Origin: Camelus dromedarius
Taxonomy: Eukaryota
Assembly (NCBI RefSeq): GCF_036321535.1
Contig: NC_087447.1
Coordinates: forward strand, 43,092,001 to 43,156,000
Direction of reading: 5' to 3'
Length of the DNA stretch: 64,000 bases
Part shown: in pieces, positions 62,745 to 64,000 of the stretch
Layout of the letters: every line of letters starts with the position of its first letter
Numbering within the stretch: the stretch's first letter is position 1
Made by a program: the position numbers and the translations under genes
Notes under the pieces: generated by a model
What the model was told of the DNA's origin: nothing
The model's input: only the letters and a program-made list of their open reading frames with translations
The model's database searches: none

Positions 62745-63310
62745 TTTATTTCATGCTTCATTATGGTAAAATACACATAACATAAAATTCACCACCTCTA
62801 CTATTTTTAATTGTACAGGTCAGTAGTGTTAAGTACATTCACACTGTTGTGTAACCAATCTCCAGAATTATCTTGCAAAATTGAAATTCTATACCCATTA
62901 AACAAAAGTTCCCCATTTCTCCCTTCCTTCAGCCTCTGGAAACCACAATTCTATTTTCTGCCTCTATGAATTTGAAGATTCTAGGTACCTCACATAAGTG
63001 ACATCATACGGTATTTGTTCTCCTGTGATGTTCTTAGTTTATTTAGGGCAATATCTTCAAGGTTCATCCATGTTGTAGCATGTGTCAGAATTTCCTTCCT
63101 TTTTAAGGCTGAATAATATTCCATTGTGTGTATAGACCACATTTTGTTTACCTATTTGTCCATTGATGAACACTTGAGTTGCTTCTACATTTTGGCTGTC
63201 GTGAATAATGCTTTTATGAACAGAGATGTACAAGTATCTCTTCCAGACCTTACTTTCAATTTTGGTGGGTATCTGCCCAGAAGTGGAATTACTGGATAAT
63301 ATGGTATCTT
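62745..63310 (-). mobile_element. L1MB/L1MA-like 3' fragment nested in the older L1
   Basis: 'tggtaaaatacacataacataaaattcacc...aagtacattcacactgttgtg...ctaggtacctcacataagtg...cccagaagtggaattactggata'. Confidence 0.88.
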
Positions 63311-64000
63311 GTAATGTTTTAATAGCAGAGTTTTCATTTTTAAAAAATATTTTCTGTTTGTTGGCCTATTTGAGATTTCAACTTCTGTGCTCAATTTTGA
63401 TAATTTTTTCCTTGCTTGGAAATCATCTATTTCCTCTAGTCTTTCACATTTATTTTCCTAGGCTTACACACATTATTGTTATAATTCTTTAACCTTTTTG
63501 GTACCTGGATATACCTCTTTTCTTATACTTAATATTGTATGTTTTTGCCTTTTTTTTTTTAACCAGGTTTGCCTGGAAGGGTTTATCTATTTTGTTGGTC
63601 TTTTCAAAGAAGCAGGTTTGGGTTTTCATTTTTTTCTTTTGTTTTTCTATTATTTGGTTATTTTCTATTGAATTAATTTCTGATTTTTAACTTTGTTAAT
63701 TTCATCTATTTTCTTTTAGCTTAGTTTGTTCTCTTTCTAATTTCTTAGATTAAATACGTCGTTAGATTTGCTTTCAGTTTTTTTTTAAATATTAAAAGCA
63801 TTTAAGATGCAACTATTTGTGAAAACCTCTGTTATACTTGTAATAAATATGTAGAAACAGCACAAAAAAGCATTTGAGGCTATATTTTTTCCTCTGAGTA
63901 CAGCTGTGTCTCATAAGTTCTGTACAGTATGCTGTTCTCTTTTTCATTACCAGATGATTTAGAATTTCAGTTTTGATCTTGTTTTTGATCTAGTAGTAAC

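Larger units (their letters stand above)
59295..64000 (-). mobile_element. Ancient L1 (L1ME-like) block extending past the window end, hosting younger nested insertions
   Basis: T-rich old-L1 antisense sequence throughout, e.g. 'gttttaatttgcattttccta', 'gaaattgcattaaatatac', 'gagcatcttgttctgttcc', 'gggtttatctattttgttggtcttttcaaagaagcag'. Confidence 0.85.

Noticed and set aside
1..64000. Naming the host or neighbouring gene
   Set aside because: No exon or otherwise recognisable unique sequence is present, so any gene name would be a guess without alignment.

Overview
Mammalian non-coding DNA, very probably from a camelid (camel, alpaca or llama). Two copies of a tRNA-Ala-derived SINE resemble the camelid vic-1 family, the younger L1s have cetartiodactyl-type 3' ends, and I saw no Alu, B1/B2, Bov-A/BovB or PRE-1 elements. 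I found no convincing protein-coding exon; the only ORFs with recognisable protein similarity are L1 ORF2 remnants. The background is fairly GC-rich and dense in MIR, L2 and MaLR repeats. About a dozen repeat-free, AT-rich islands packed with homeodomain, POU, Fox and Sox motifs interrupt it. That pattern is typical of conserved non-coding enhancers in a gene desert or large intron of a developmental regulator, but I cannot identify the gene. The best sequence-level oddities are: two L1 fragments inserted at one site giving a triplicated target-site duplication (TSD); an unidentified 146-bp retroposed insert with a perfect 15-bp TSD; a tail-less SINE at a compositional break; a perfect 103-bp tandem duplication; and a small GC-box/CRE/G4 element fused to a homeodomain-rich island. 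I see no evidence of a novel protein-encoding system. Repeat family names and boundaries come from visual recognition and are approximate.
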